The notes: generated from the letters alone by a model not told the origin. A stretch of DNA of 64,000 nucleotides from Halarcobacter sp. (GCA_965243765.1 CBDEWB010000018.1:559314-623313), one strand, 5' to 3'. Shown: positions 1 through 10,978, counted from the first letter of the stretch. Translations and numbers: made by a program.

Positions 1-886
1 TCATGATGTATAAATCTTTTAAAGTTACTATTTTGTTCTGCAGCAAGAAATTAGCACATTCAATCATTGTCGCACTAGAACCAACTAAACATTTTTTTTC
101 TTTATTGTGCAACTTTCCATTTTCTTCCAAAACTACATTATTCCCCAACGTTGTGTAGTTCCCAGCTTTTAATCCAGATATGGGAGAAGCATCACTCACA
201 AAAATTAATTTTTCTATTTTTTTCATTTTTTTAACAAGTTCAATAAAAGACTTAGGTAAATGATGCCCATCTCCAACAAGCATTAAAGATAAGTTACTGT
301 CTAGAAGACCCGATAAAATTCCATTTTCATGTCTTGGTAAAAAATTAGGTATACCATTACCGAAATGAGTCAAAGCTTTTCCCTTATTGTTAGAAAATGC
401 AGTTATTTGCACTAAATTTGCTAAATGATGCCCTGCAGAAACAGTTATATTATGCTTATTAGCATAATCAATTAATTCTTTAGAGTTTTCTAATTCAGGA
501 GCCAAAGTAATAAGCTTTATATTATTATTGGAATATTTTATCAATTTTTTTAAAAATTTAATACTTGGTTTTCTTGTGTGCTTTTTATTATGAGCACCTA
601 CTGCTCCATCTTTTTCAGATATGAAGGGCCCCTCAAGATGAATACCAAGTATTCTATTTTTTAACTCTTTATGTTCCATACATTTAGAAATAATACGTAA
701 ATTCTTTTTATAAAGTGATTTACTACTCGTGATAAGTGTGGGTAAAAAAGCTAAGGTACCATTATTTAGAAGCTTTAAACTCGCCCAAATAAATTTTTCT
801 TCACTTAGCTCTTTACTTGAGAAATCAACACCTAAGTATCCATTAACTTGCAAATCAATAAAACCATTAAGTATTTTCTTTGACAT
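1..886 (-). CDS. nagA: N-acetylglucosamine-6-phosphate deacetylase (3' end runs off the window)
   Basis: Not in the ORF track; translated by hand from ATG at 886, open to base 1: GFIDLQVNG, FLPTLITS, GIHLEGPFIS..GAH, TLAPE, THFGNG, GDGHHLP, LVGSS motifs. Confidence 0.9.
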   Translation of the reverse strand, partial: MSKKILNGFIDLQVNGYLGVDFSSKELSEEKFIWASLKLLNNGTLAFLPTLITSSKSLYKKNLRIISKCMEHKELKNRILGIHLEGPFISEKDGAVGAHNKKHTRKPSIKFLKKLIKYSNNNIKLITLAPELENSKELIDYANKHNITVSAGHHLANLVQITAFSNNKGKALTHFGNGIPNFLPRHENGILSGLLDSNLSLMLVGDGHHLPKSFIELVKKMKKIEKLIFVSDASPISGLKAGNYTTLGNNVVLEENGKLHNKEKKCLVGSSATMIECANFLLQNKIVTLKDLYIM

Positions 887-898
887 GTTATTTCCTTT

Positions 899-1627
899 TT
901 ATAGCAAACTTGCAGAATTTTTATCTAAATATACAGAGCATGAATTATGATTTTGCAAAATAGAAGATGGGCACAAGTTTGTTACTTCTCCTTGAATCGA
1001 ATTTTTAACCGCAAGCGCTTTTCTTGTATCTGGAACACTAACAATTATGTGTTTACTTTGCATAATCTGTTTTATACTCATTGAAATTGCTTGAGTTGGA
1101 ACTTCATCAAAGCTTTTAAACCAACCTTCATTAAATTGTTGCATTCTACATTTAGAATCTAGAGTAACAACCAAATAAGATTTATTTGTTGAAAAATCAG
1201 CTGGAGGATCATTAAAAGCTAAATGGCCATTTTCTCCAATACCAACAAATGCAACATCTATAGGGGCCTCAAGTATTTGTTTTTCTAATTTATCACATTC
1301 ATCACTCGGGTCATTTTGAGTATTTATATAAGTAAAACTGTTAAGATCTTTAACTTTATCAACAAATCTTTCTTTTAAATATTTTCTGAAACTTGCTTTG
1401 TGTGATGCAGTTATCCCTATATATTCATCCAGATGAAAAACATTTACCTTTGACCATTCAATATCTTCCTTAAGTAAATATTCAATAGTTAAAAATTGGC
1501 TGCTACCTGTAGCCAAAATAATATTTGCAACTCCATTTCTTTTGATTGCTTCTTTAAGTAATAAAGATCCTTCTATTGCTGCAGTTTGCCCAAGTTCTTT
1601 ATTTGTTTTTAAAATTGTAGTTTTCAT
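899..1627 (-). CDS. nagB: Glucosamine-6-phosphate deaminase/isomerase family
   Basis: LATGSS, FHLDEYIG and GIGENGHLAFNDPP motifs; directly upstream of nagA. Confidence 0.85.
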   Translation of the reverse strand: MKTTILKTNKELGQTAAIEGSLLLKEAIKRNGVANIILATGSSQFLTIEYLLKEDIEWSKVNVFHLDEYIGITASHKASFRKYLKERFVDKVKDLNSFTYINTQNDPSDECDKLEKQILEAPIDVAFVGIGENGHLAFNDPPADFSTNKSYLVVTLDSKCRMQQFNEGWFKSFDEVPTQAISMSIKQIMQSKHIIVSVPDTRKALAVKNSIQGEVTNLCPSSILQNHNSCSVYLDKNSASLL

Positions 1628-2713
1628 TTATTTCCTTTATATTTTACAATGGTGGATGTTCTTAAACTCTCTTCAATTAGTTCACCTATTCTGGTTGATA
1701 CCAGAGCTTCTTCTCCTGATGGATATTTCCCTTTTAATGATAGTAAGGCGATCTTTTCATTTTTTATAGAAAATATTAGATCAATAAAATAAATCATAGA
1801 TTCATATATATAACCGCTAGATTTTGTACCTAATAAATAGTCTTCAACTTCTTGTTTCCCATGTGGATTAATCTCCTCTTTTCTAACTGCATCTGAATAG
1901 CTAGCTGATAAGCCTCTGTTTGTTGTGTCAACTTCACAAATACCCTCTTCTCCTATAATTCTAATTGATTGATTTACAATCGAAGTGAAACTATTAGGTA
2001 ATATCCAAGATGTATGAAAGGTGAAATTCATTCCATTCTCATAAGTAATATTTACTTGAATACTATCATAGGTATTTATTCCTAAAGCATTGAGTTTTCC
2101 TTTATTTCCAGTTGCATAAATTTTTTCAGGAAGACTGTTTGTAAGCCAATAAACCAAATCGTAAAAATGAGTGCCTAGAAACCACGATGGAGAAGAATCT
2201 TTTGCCCATTTTTTTAACCATTGGGACGGCACTGAAATTTTGTCTTCCATATAGGCATAACCATATTGTAGTTTTCCAAATTTATTATTCTTTATATCAT
2301 TTTTTAAGTGTAAATGAGAAGGATCAAATCGCTTGTGAAAATCAATGTATATCATTTTCTTATTTTTTCTTACATATATTAATGAGCTCTTCGGCATGGT
2401 TGCTATCCATTTCAAGCGGTTTCTATACCATGATATGCAATTTTTTCTTTGCAACATATTTAGTAACTTCATAATGTAAATGATCAGGAGTTACAATACT
2501 AATAGCATCTAAATCCTCTTTGTCAATCATTTTTTTATAATCAGAATATGTTTGGATAAAAAAGTATTTTTTATGCTTTTCTCTAATATTTTCATTTAAG
2601 TCGCATAAGACAATTTTTTCTATTAGTCCTTGATGATATGCTTTTATAAAACCTTTAAAGACTTCTGTTCCAAAGTTTCCTCCTCCTATAATTCCTATTG
2701 TTATTTTTTTCAC
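1624..2713 (-). pseudogene. Gfo/Idh/MocA oxidoreductase with a nonsense codon and a frameshift
   Basis: GIIGGGNFG Rossmann motif and IVTPDHLH; TAG at 2423-2425 replaces E of the EKP motif; one extra base in the T6 run at 2363-2368 shifts into the frame carrying DFHKRFDP and LGTHFYD. Confidence 0.85.
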
Positions 2714-2996
2714 TAATTGACCTTTTTATATTTAATTTAACAAATATATTTAGAAGTTTAGTCTCTTAGTCTTAATTTTAAATTAATTAGTATTCTATTG
2801 TTTAATTTGACAGTGTAAGTATTAATATTGCGTATAGACAATATCTTTGTATATATTACTGATTATATAGGATGTTGTTGTATATTAACTAGGAATTTTT
2901 ACCAAAGTAAATGTAAATTTATATACTTTAATATAGTATTCTAGTTAACTTAAAGTTTTTTGTTGCTACAATATAAAATATTTAAAAGGAGAAGAA

Positions 2997-3995
2997 ATGA
3001 AGAAAGTTAATTTAGTTAAATTAGGTTTAGTTGGTCTTGGATTGTTAATGGGGGTAAGTCAAGTTGATGCTCAAGCATCAAGTGTAAAAAACGAAAAACA
3101 AATATTATTACGTTTGGCGGAAAATCAACCTGAAACAAATCCTGTTACTGTTGCTATGAGAAAATTTTCTTCATTAGTTAAAGAAAAAACAAATGGAAGT
3201 GTTATTATTGAAGTGTATGCTAGCGCACAACTAGGAAGTGAATCAGAAAACATAGAACAAGTACAAGCAGGTATCTTAGATATGGCAAGAGTTAATTCTG
3301 TTACTCTGGCTCAATTGGTTTCCCCTTTTAAGGTTTTTACATTACCTTATATATTTGAAAACCAAGAACATAAATTTAAAGTTTTAAATGGAGAGATTGG
3401 AAAGAAGGTACTCGAGTCATTAGATAGATTTAATATGATAGGTTTTGATTATTTAGAGGCAGGTACACGTAACTTTTATACAGTGAAAAAACCAATTAAA
3501 TCAGTATCAGATTTAAAAGGACAAAAAATAAGAGTTCAAAAATCAGAAGTGGTTATAAAAATGGTTAAACTATTAGGTGGTATACCAACTCCTATGAATT
3601 ATGGAGAAGTATTTACTTCATTACAAACAGGTGTTATTGATGGGGCTGAAAATGATTTTGTAAGTTATTCAACGTCTGGACACTCAGAAGTAGCAAAGCA
3701 TTACACATTAGATGGACATTTAAGTCCTCCAGCATTAGTTATTATTAGTAAAAGAAGCTGGGCTAAATTGTCTAAGAAACAGAAAATTGCCGTTAGAGAA
3801 GCTTCAAAAGAAGCAACTGAATTTGAAATCAAAGCTATGAACGCAAAACAATTAGAGTTTCAAGAAAAAGTAGAAAAATCGGGTACTAAGATTTACTCTG
3901 TTAACGTGAGAGAATTTCAGGACAGGCTAGCACCTTTATATAATGATTACCCAGAATTTTCGGAAGTTATTAAAAGTATTCGTGCTTTACAATAG
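2997..3995 (+). CDS. dctP: TRAP transporter substrate-binding protein
   Basis: Signal peptide; QLGSE, DLKGQKIRV, PTPMNYGEVFTSLQTGVIDGAEN. Confidence 0.93.
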   Translation: MKKVNLVKLGLVGLGLLMGVSQVDAQASSVKNEKQILLRLAENQPETNPVTVAMRKFSSLVKEKTNGSVIIEVYASAQLGSESENIEQVQAGILDMARVNSVTLAQLVSPFKVFTLPYIFENQEHKFKVLNGEIGKKVLESLDRFNMIGFDYLEAGTRNFYTVKKPIKSVSDLKGQKIRVQKSEVVIKMVKLLGGIPTPMNYGEVFTSLQTGVIDGAENDFVSYSTSGHSEVAKHYTLDGHLSPPALVIISKRSWAKLSKKQKIAVREASKEATEFEIKAMNAKQLEFQEKVEKSGTKIYSVNVREFQDRLAPLYNDYPEFSEVIKSIRALQ

Positions 3996-4017
3996 CATTT
4001 AATTTAAGGGGTTTGAT

Positions 4018-4497
4018 ATGAAAAAATATTTTCAATTTCTTGATTACGTTTCAAGTTTAATGACAAAAATTTGTTCTGTAATCTTATTATTAATGTTAGT
4101 AATTACTTTTGCACAAGTAGTATTGAGGTATGTGTTTAATAGCCCCCTTATTTGGGCGTCAGAGGTGACTATCCTTATGCTTATATGGTTTGGATTTATA
4201 GTTATGTCACTTGCTGTATATGCTAATGAGCATATTTCCTTGGAGTTTCTCTATGATAAACTCCAAGAGAAAGTACAAAAAACGTTAGATTGCATTAAGT
4301 ATTTTCTTCTTGGTTGCTTTGCTCTTTTGATGATATATTATGGATTTCAATTAGTTGATTTAACTAAATATGCTACTTTACCTGCCTCAGGTTTGAGCAA
4401 AAGTTATCTTTACTTAATTTTAATTTTTTCAGGTGTAATAATACTTATTGCATCAATTAGTAATTTTATAAAATTATTTACACAACCTGGGAGTTAA
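4018..4497 (+). CDS. dctQ: TRAP transporter small permease
   Basis: About four hydrophobic segments; QVVLRYVFN..WASEV; lies between dctP and dctM. Confidence 0.9.
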   Translation: MKKYFQFLDYVSSLMTKICSVILLLMLVITFAQVVLRYVFNSPLIWASEVTILMLIWFGFIVMSLAVYANEHISLEFLYDKLQEKVQKTLDCIKYFLLGCFALLMIYYGFQLVDLTKYATLPASGLSKSYLYLILIFSGVIILIASISNFIKLFTQPGS

Positions 4498-4498
4498 T

Positions 4499-5791
4499 AT
4501 GATAGTTGAATACGATGGAATAGTCTTATTATTTTTATTATTGTTTGTATTTATGTTCGCAAGAATACCCATTGCATTTTCTTTGGGATTAAGTTCTATA
4601 ATTACAGCTTTTTATCTTGACATTCCCATAATGTTTTTATTCCAAAACATGGTTAATGGATTAGACAGTTTTACTTTTTTAGCTGTACCATTTTTTATAC
4701 TCGCAGCACAAATTATGACAGAAGGCGGAATCAGTGATAAGCTCATGAGTTTGGCGAATGTTTTCGTAGGTCGTATTAGAGGTGGAAAGGCAATGGTAAA
4801 TGTAGTTACTAGTATGTTTTTTGGAGGTGTATCTGGTTCTTCTGTGGCAGATGTATCTTCAATTGGTTCCTTTATGATTCCAGCTATGAAAAAAGATAAA
4901 TATGATGCTGACTTTAGTGTTGCTGTTACTGTTACTTCTTCTATTCAAGGAGTAATTATTCCTCCTAGCCAAAATATGATTTATTATGCTATTGCTGCAG
5001 GAGGGATATCAATTAGCCAGCTTTTTATTGCAGGAATAGTTCCTGGAATAATCTTAGGTGCTGGTTTAATGTTAGTTACTTATATTATAGCTGTAAAAAG
5101 AAACTATCCCGTAGGCGAAAAAATTACCTTAAAAAATTCTTTATATATTATAAAAGATGCAGTGTGGGGTTTATTCACGGTAGTTATTATTTTAGGTGGT
5201 ATTATATTTGGTATTTTTACTGCTACAGAATCAGCTGCTATTGCCTGTGTTTGGGCTATTCTTGTTACTGCTTTTATATACAAAAATATGACATGGGAAA
5301 AAATTACTTCAATTTTTAACTCCTCAACTAAAACACTTGCAATGATTATTGCTATTATTGCTACTTCCTCAATGTTTGGATTTATGCTTGCTTATCTAAA
5401 AATCCCACTGGCTTTGTCAACCTTATTTTTGAGTTTTTCTGATAATCCAATTATAATTATTTTATGTATAAATGTTTTGTTATTGGTATTAGGAATGTTT
5501 ATGGATATGGGAGTGTTAATACTTTTATTAACTCCAATTTTATTGCCCGTAGCTGTTGCTCTTGGCTTTGATCCTATACATTTTGGAATAATTATGATAT
5601 TAAATTTAGGTTTAGGTTTATGCACTCCTCCCGTTGGCACCTCTCTATTTATAGGGTGTGCAATAGGAGAAATTAGTATGGAGCAGTCATTAAAAGCATT
5701 TATCCCTTTTTATGCCACTATTCTCATTATTTTAGTACTAATTATAGCTTTTCCAGGTATATCATTATGGTTACCTAGTGTTATTGGTTAA
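4499..5791 (+). CDS. dctM: TRAP transporter large permease
   Basis: AVPFFILAA, FFGGVSGSSVAD, IIPPS, FTATESAA, GLCTPPVG. Confidence 0.93.
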   Translation: MIVEYDGIVLLFLLLFVFMFARIPIAFSLGLSSIITAFYLDIPIMFLFQNMVNGLDSFTFLAVPFFILAAQIMTEGGISDKLMSLANVFVGRIRGGKAMVNVVTSMFFGGVSGSSVADVSSIGSFMIPAMKKDKYDADFSVAVTVTSSIQGVIIPPSQNMIYYAIAAGGISISQLFIAGIVPGIILGAGLMLVTYIIAVKRNYPVGEKITLKNSLYIIKDAVWGLFTVVIILGGIIFGIFTATESAAIACVWAILVTAFIYKNMTWEKITSIFNSSTKTLAMIIAIIATSSMFGFMLAYLKIPLALSTLFLSFSDNPIIIILCINVLLLVLGMFMDMGVLILLLTPILLPVAVALGFDPIHFGIIMILNLGLGLCTPPVGTSLFIGCAIGEISMEQSLKAFIPFYATILIILVLIIAFPGISLWLPSVIG

Positions 5792-5823
5792 ACTGTTGCA
5801 AAATTTAGAACAATGGATTTAAT

Positions 5824-6522
5824 ATGGAACTAGAAGATAACAAAAATTATTTAGAGTATTTAAATACTGTAACGATTATAAAAAACAAGACTATACAAAA
5901 ACAAGTGTACAAAATATTACTAAATATGATACTTAAAGGTATTATGCATTCTAATCAATCTATTTCAGAAGTTAAAATTGCTAATGCACTTAATATAAGT
6001 AAAAGTCCCGTAAGGGAGTCATTAAAAATGCTGGAAAATAAACAGTTGGTTAAAATTGTACCGAATAGTAAGTCCTATATTATGCCAATTGATTTAAAAA
6101 AAATATATAATTCTGCAAAAATCAGAGAAGCTTTAGAACTTTTAATTGTAGAGGAAGCTATTAATAATATTAATGACGAAGATATCAAATCGCTAGAGCT
6201 AATTATAAAACAACAAGAATCAGCAATTAAAAATTCTAAACCCGAGGAATTCTTTTACTATGATGAAGTTTTTCATAATAAAATTATAGATATTTCGAAA
6301 ATACCGGAAGCATTGAATATTATTGAAGATCTTAAAATTCATATAAATAGAATTAGATTTGCTAACAACTACAATTGTAGTGGAAATCCAAGCATACTTG
6401 TTGATCATAAAAATATTTTAAATGCAATAAAAGCAAAAGATGTAGTGATAGCTAGACTTTTTACAAGTATACATTTGTCTAAGGTTCTCAACTTAATGTT
6501 AAATTCATCGAATAACAGCTAA
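5824..6522 (+). CDS. GntR family regulator (FCD/FadR-like C-terminus)
   Basis: N-terminal wHTH (IANALNISKSPVRESL); C-terminal DEVFH and DHKNIL. Confidence 0.88.
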   Translation: MELEDNKNYLEYLNTVTIIKNKTIQKQVYKILLNMILKGIMHSNQSISEVKIANALNISKSPVRESLKMLENKQLVKIVPNSKSYIMPIDLKKIYNSAKIREALELLIVEEAINNINDEDIKSLELIIKQQESAIKNSKPEEFFYYDEVFHNKIIDISKIPEALNIIEDLKIHINRIRFANNYNCSGNPSILVDHKNILNAIKAKDVVIARLFTSIHLSKVLNLMLNSSNNS

Positions 6523-6572
6523 ATCATATTAAATGAAAACACTTTATAATAATAGAAGTAAGGATGTAAATG

Positions 6573-7592
6573 ATGTTACTTAATAATAATACGTATAAAA
6601 ACATTTCATCTTAAAATTATGACCGAAATGATGTGGATACATCTATTGTACATATTGGACTTGGAGCTTTTTTAAAAGCCCATTTTGCGGTATACGTAGA
6701 TGATTATAATAAGATATCAAAAGATGTGCATTTAATTGAAGCAATAAGTCTAAGAAGCAATAATTCAAAAAAAATCATGAGTAAACAGGATAATTTATAT
6801 ACTGCTCATGAAGAGTCTGGAAAGTCTTCTTCTTATAGTTTAATTAAGTCAGTTAAAAAATCACTATTTTTAACTAAGAATAGAAAGTATATAAACGATC
6901 TAGCCCTTTCCGAAAATATCAAATTAATTACTTTAACTATAACGGAAAAAGGTTATTGTTATAGCCCCTCTTTAAATGGTCTTAATGTAAATAACCCAGA
7001 AATAATACATGACTTGAAAAACCTCAAAGAATGTAAAACAGCGATTGCATTGATTTTTAGTATCTTAAAAAATAGAAAAGAGGCAAATATTGGAGGTTTA
7101 ATTGTTCTTTCTTGTGATAATTTACCTTCAAATGGAAATATTTTAAGAAAAGTTATACTTAATTTTGCTTCCTTAATAAATAAAGAATTAGAAATATGGA
7201 TAAGTAAAAATTGTGCGTTCCCTTCTTCTATGGTAGATAGAATAGTCCCAAAAGTTACAGAAAAAACTTTATCAAAAATTCATGACAAATTAAAAATTCA
7301 AGATAACGCTGCCGTTTTATCAGAAGACTTTAAACAATTTATAATTGAAGATTGGTTTATAGATGGAAGTAAACTTAAACTAGATAAAGTTGGTGTTATT
7401 TTTGTGAAGAATATAAAACCTTATGAAAGTATGAAGCTTAGAATTCTAAATGGAACGCACTCCGCTTTATCTTATATTGGGCTATTATTGAACAAGGAAA
7501 CTATCTCTGAAGCCATAAATGATACTGAATTAGAAAAATTTATTTTAAATATGGTAACTAATCACTCTAGGAAACCTCAAAAAGAATTCTAA
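6573..7592 (+). pseudogene. Mannitol dehydrogenase family (fructuronate reductase-like); early nonsense codon and IS66 truncation
   Basis: ATG 6573 after AGGA reads MLLNNNTYKNISS*NYDRNDVDTSIVHIGLGAF (TAA at 6612-6614); TITEKGY, SCDNL, FPSSMVDRIVP and KLRILNGTH present; native sequence ends at 7553 where IS66 begins. Confidence 0.85.
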
Positions 7593-9085
7593 TATTTACC
7601 TCAATAAATAGTAATTTAAAGCCTATAAATAGGACTAATTAGCTATAATTCACTACATAAAAAGTAGGAATAAATTTTGAAGAAAATTCGCCTGAAATAT
7701 CAATTTTCAATAAAATCCAAAAAAGAACTTAAAGATTTATCCCATAAAGAGCTTCTTAAATATATAGAAAACCTTCAAGATAACCTCGTGCAAGAAAAAC
7801 CACCAAAGAATTCAAACAACTCCAGTATTTCACCATCAAGTGAGATAGCACCTCCTCAAAAAAGAAATAATAAAAATCAATCTCTTGAAGAGAAGAGTGG
7901 TAAAAGTGTTGGTGGACAATCAGGGAGAGAGGGAGTAACTCTTTTACAAAGTGATACTCCTGATGAGATTGTTGCATTGCCTTATAAACTATTAGAATGT
8001 AAAAAGTGCAGTAGTGATATATCTACTGTTGTATCTGCACTCAAAGAAAGACGACAAGTCTTAGATATTGAATTATCATCTATTACTCATAAAATAACAG
8101 AGTATCAAAGCTTCTCTAAAAAGTGTTTCTCTTGTGGTTATGAAAATCATGACAGTAGTGCATTTACAATATCACCAAATATCAGTTATGGGTCAACAGT
8201 TATAGCTATGGTTTCATACCTAAGTGTTTCTCAGTATATGTCAAATATGAGAATAGTAGAACTTATGAACAACCTATTCAATATAAAACTCTCAGAGGGA
8301 AGCATTACAGGCTTATTAGCAAAAGCCTCAGCACTCTCACAAAATACTATTAACAAAATCACAGCTCTACTGGAGAAAGCTCCTCTAGTAGGTATAGATG
8401 AGACTGGATGTAAGGTTAATGGCTCTAAACATTGGCATTGGACTTTTCACAATGAGAGCAATACTCTTATTGTTGCGGATAAGTCACGAGGAACTAAGGT
8501 CATCAACAATACTTTTACAAATGGTTTTAAAAATGCTTGTGTGGTTCATGATAATTATTCATCATATAGCTCACTTGAGTGTGTTAGTGAACAGTTATGT
8601 TTAGCACACAAGATGAGAGATTTAAACTATGCTATTGAGTGTGATGAGACTAAGCTAATGAAAGATATAAAGACATTACTCAAAGAAGCTATAAGAGATG
8701 ATAAAGTCAACTTAACTTCCATTGCTAGAGTAACTCTAAAAAGTCAATATGACAAATCACTTCAACATCTTTTAACTATGCCATACATTGAAAAAAGTGA
8801 AACGCATAAACAAATAAAATCACTTACAAAATCTAAAGATAAACTGTTTACTTTTTTACTTAATGAAAATATCCCAGCAGATAATAATGCTAGTGAGCGT
8901 GCCATTAGAAATATAAAAGTTAAGCAAAAAGTATCAGGACAATTCAAATCACTTGAGGGTGCACAAAATTATGCTAATTTACGATCAGTTATTGATACTT
9001 CTCGTAAGCGTGGCTTAAATGAGTTTGAATCATTGGTTTCTGTAATGAAGGGGAATTCTCTCTTTTAGATAGGGTGATTAGTTAC
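7554..9085 (+). mobile_element. IS66 family element, single-ORF (ISBst12-like) type, 1532 bp
   Basis: Terminal inverted repeats GTAACTAATCACTCTA (7554-7569) and TAGGGTGATTAGTTAC (9070-9085), 15/16 match; no target duplication in the flanks. Confidence 0.9.
7677..9068 (+). CDS. IS66 family transposase, intact frame
   Basis: PPKNSNNSSISPSS, C4 zinc finger, IDETG, VVHD, CLAH, DNNASERAIR. Confidence 0.92.
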   Translation: MKKIRLKYQFSIKSKKELKDLSHKELLKYIENLQDNLVQEKPPKNSNNSSISPSSEIAPPQKRNNKNQSLEEKSGKSVGGQSGREGVTLLQSDTPDEIVALPYKLLECKKCSSDISTVVSALKERRQVLDIELSSITHKITEYQSFSKKCFSCGYENHDSSAFTISPNISYGSTVIAMVSYLSVSQYMSNMRIVELMNNLFNIKLSEGSITGLLAKASALSQNTINKITALLEKAPLVGIDETGCKVNGSKHWHWTFHNESNTLIVADKSRGTKVINNTFTNGFKNACVVHDNYSSYSSLECVSEQLCLAHKMRDLNYAIECDETKLMKDIKTLLKEAIRDDKVNLTSIARVTLKSQYDKSLQHLLTMPYIEKSETHKQIKSLTKSKDKLFTFLLNENIPADNNASERAIRNIKVKQKVSGQFKSLEGAQNYANLRSVIDTSRKRGLNEFESLVSVMKGNSLF

Positions 9086-9298
9086 AATAAATAAATTTAG
9101 GTATTAATTTTCAATATTAGAAACTTATTGTAGTAATTTATTTTAAACTAAATATAATATTACAAGCTTGTCTGTGTCGTTTATTCGCACTTATTAAGAA
9201 AATAGTTTTATACTTATAATATATTTTTATTTTTAACAAATATTTAACTGAAATTGTAGGAAACTATTGTGTATAATTTATTAAAAAATGGAGAAAAG

Positions 9299-10945
9299 AT
9301 GAAAGCATCTGATTTATTTATAAAAGCTTTAGAGAATGAAGGTGTTGAATATATTTTTGGTATTCCAGGCGAAGAGAACTTAGATTTCTTAGAATCACTA
9401 AGACAGTCTGATATCAAACTTATTTTAACAAGACATGAACAAGGTGCTGGTTTTATGGCAGCAACGTATGGAAGATTAACTGGAAAAGTTGGTGTTTGTT
9501 TAGCAACACTTGGTCCTGGAGCTACAAATTTTGCAACAGCAGCAGCTTATGCACAACTTGGTGGAATGCCAATGATGATGATAACTGGTCAAAAACCAAT
9601 TAAAAAATCAAAACAAGGTAAATTTCAAATTATTGATATTGTTGGAATGATGAAACCAATGACAAAATATGCTAAACAAGTTGTAAATGGAAATAATATT
9701 CCATCAATGGTTAGAGAAGCATTTAAAATAGCAACAACTGAGAGACCTGGTGCTGTTCATATTGAATTACCTGAAGATATTGCACAAGAAGAAGTAGAAG
9801 ACAACATCTATCCTGTGCAAAACTTTAGATATCCAAATGCAGATAAAATAACAGTTTTAGATGCTGTTAAAATGATTGAAAAAGCAAAAAGACCTCTTTT
9901 ACTTATTGGAGCTGGAGCTAATCGACATAGAATTGGCGATGCATTGACAAACTTTGTAAACGAAACTGGTATTCCTTTCTTCTCAACACAAATGGGTAAA
10001 GGTGTAATTGATGAAAATCATAAACTTTGTTTAAGTACCGCTGCTTTATCTGCTGATGATTTTATTCATTGCGCGATTGAAAGAGCTGATTTGATTATAA
10101 ATGTAGGTCATGATGTAATTGAAAAACCACCATTTTTTATGGAAAATCACAAAGATGCAACAAAAGTATTACATGTAAACTTTTTTCCTTCAGAAGTAGA
10201 TGACACTTACTTCCCTCAGCTAGATATGATTGGGGATATTGCAGGAAATGTTGAAAAAATGACAAATGCAATTTCAAAACAAGAACATTGGGATTTTGAT
10301 TATTATATTAGACTAGCTGATGATATTAGAACTAAACTTTCTAAATATTTTGGAGATACAAGATTTCCAATTTTACCACAAAGAGTAGTTAGAACTATTA
10401 GACAAACTTTAAATGCAAAAGATATTGTAACACTTGATAATGGTGTTTATAAAATCTGGTTTGCAAGAAACTATAGATGTGCACAACCAAATACACTATT
10501 ATTAGATAATGCACTTGCAACTATGGGTGCTGGACTTCCTTCTGGAATGGCTGCTAAAATGGTAAGACCTGATTGTAGAGTTGTTTCTGTTTGTGGAGAT
10601 GGTGGTTTTATGATGAACTCACAAGAAATGGAAACTGCAGTAAGATTAAATCTTGATTTAACAATTGTTATTTTAAATGATAACTCTTATGGAATGATTA
10701 AGTGGAAACAAGCAGGTATGGGATTTGAGAACTATGGTTTAGATCTTGGAAATCCTGATTTTATTAAATATGCAGAAGCTTATGGAGCAAGTGGGCATAG
10801 ACCAACATCTTGTGAAGATTTTGAACAAATTTTAGACAAATGTGTAAATGGAAAAGGTGTTCACTTAATTGATTTAGCTGTTGATTACTCTTTAAATCAT
10901 TCAATTTTAAATGATTTACTAGCTAAAAAACAATGTATGATATAA
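9299..10945 (+). CDS. ThDP-dependent enzyme of the acetolactate-synthase-large-subunit family; possibly a 2-oxoacid decarboxylase
   Basis: GIPGEEN, RHEQGA, TLGPGATN, GDGGFMMN..E..ILND ThDP motif; start placed at ATG 9299 after GGAG; no ilvH small subunit nearby. Confidence 0.85.
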   Translation: MKASDLFIKALENEGVEYIFGIPGEENLDFLESLRQSDIKLILTRHEQGAGFMAATYGRLTGKVGVCLATLGPGATNFATAAAYAQLGGMPMMMITGQKPIKKSKQGKFQIIDIVGMMKPMTKYAKQVVNGNNIPSMVREAFKIATTERPGAVHIELPEDIAQEEVEDNIYPVQNFRYPNADKITVLDAVKMIEKAKRPLLLIGAGANRHRIGDALTNFVNETGIPFFSTQMGKGVIDENHKLCLSTAALSADDFIHCAIERADLIINVGHDVIEKPPFFMENHKDATKVLHVNFFPSEVDDTYFPQLDMIGDIAGNVEKMTNAISKQEHWDFDYYIRLADDIRTKLSKYFGDTRFPILPQRVVRTIRQTLNAKDIVTLDNGVYKIWFARNYRCAQPNTLLLDNALATMGAGLPSGMAAKMVRPDCRVVSVCGDGGFMMNSQEMETAVRLNLDLTIVILNDNSYGMIKWKQAGMGFENYGLDLGNPDFIKYAEAYGASGHRPTSCEDFEQILDKCVNGKGVHLIDLAVDYSLNHSILNDLLAKKQCMI

Positions 10946-10978
10946 TATAACAAATATATAAATAAAGAAGGGGGAAAA

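Noticed and set aside
1624-2472. 282-aa ORF as a standalone gene
   Set aside because: Its first roughly 35 residues are off-frame; it is the 3' part of the broken oxidoreductase
9299-10945. Biosynthetic ilvB/ilvI call
   Set aside because: No small regulatory subunit or ilvC/ilvD nearby and it is paired with an ALDH; gene symbol withheld
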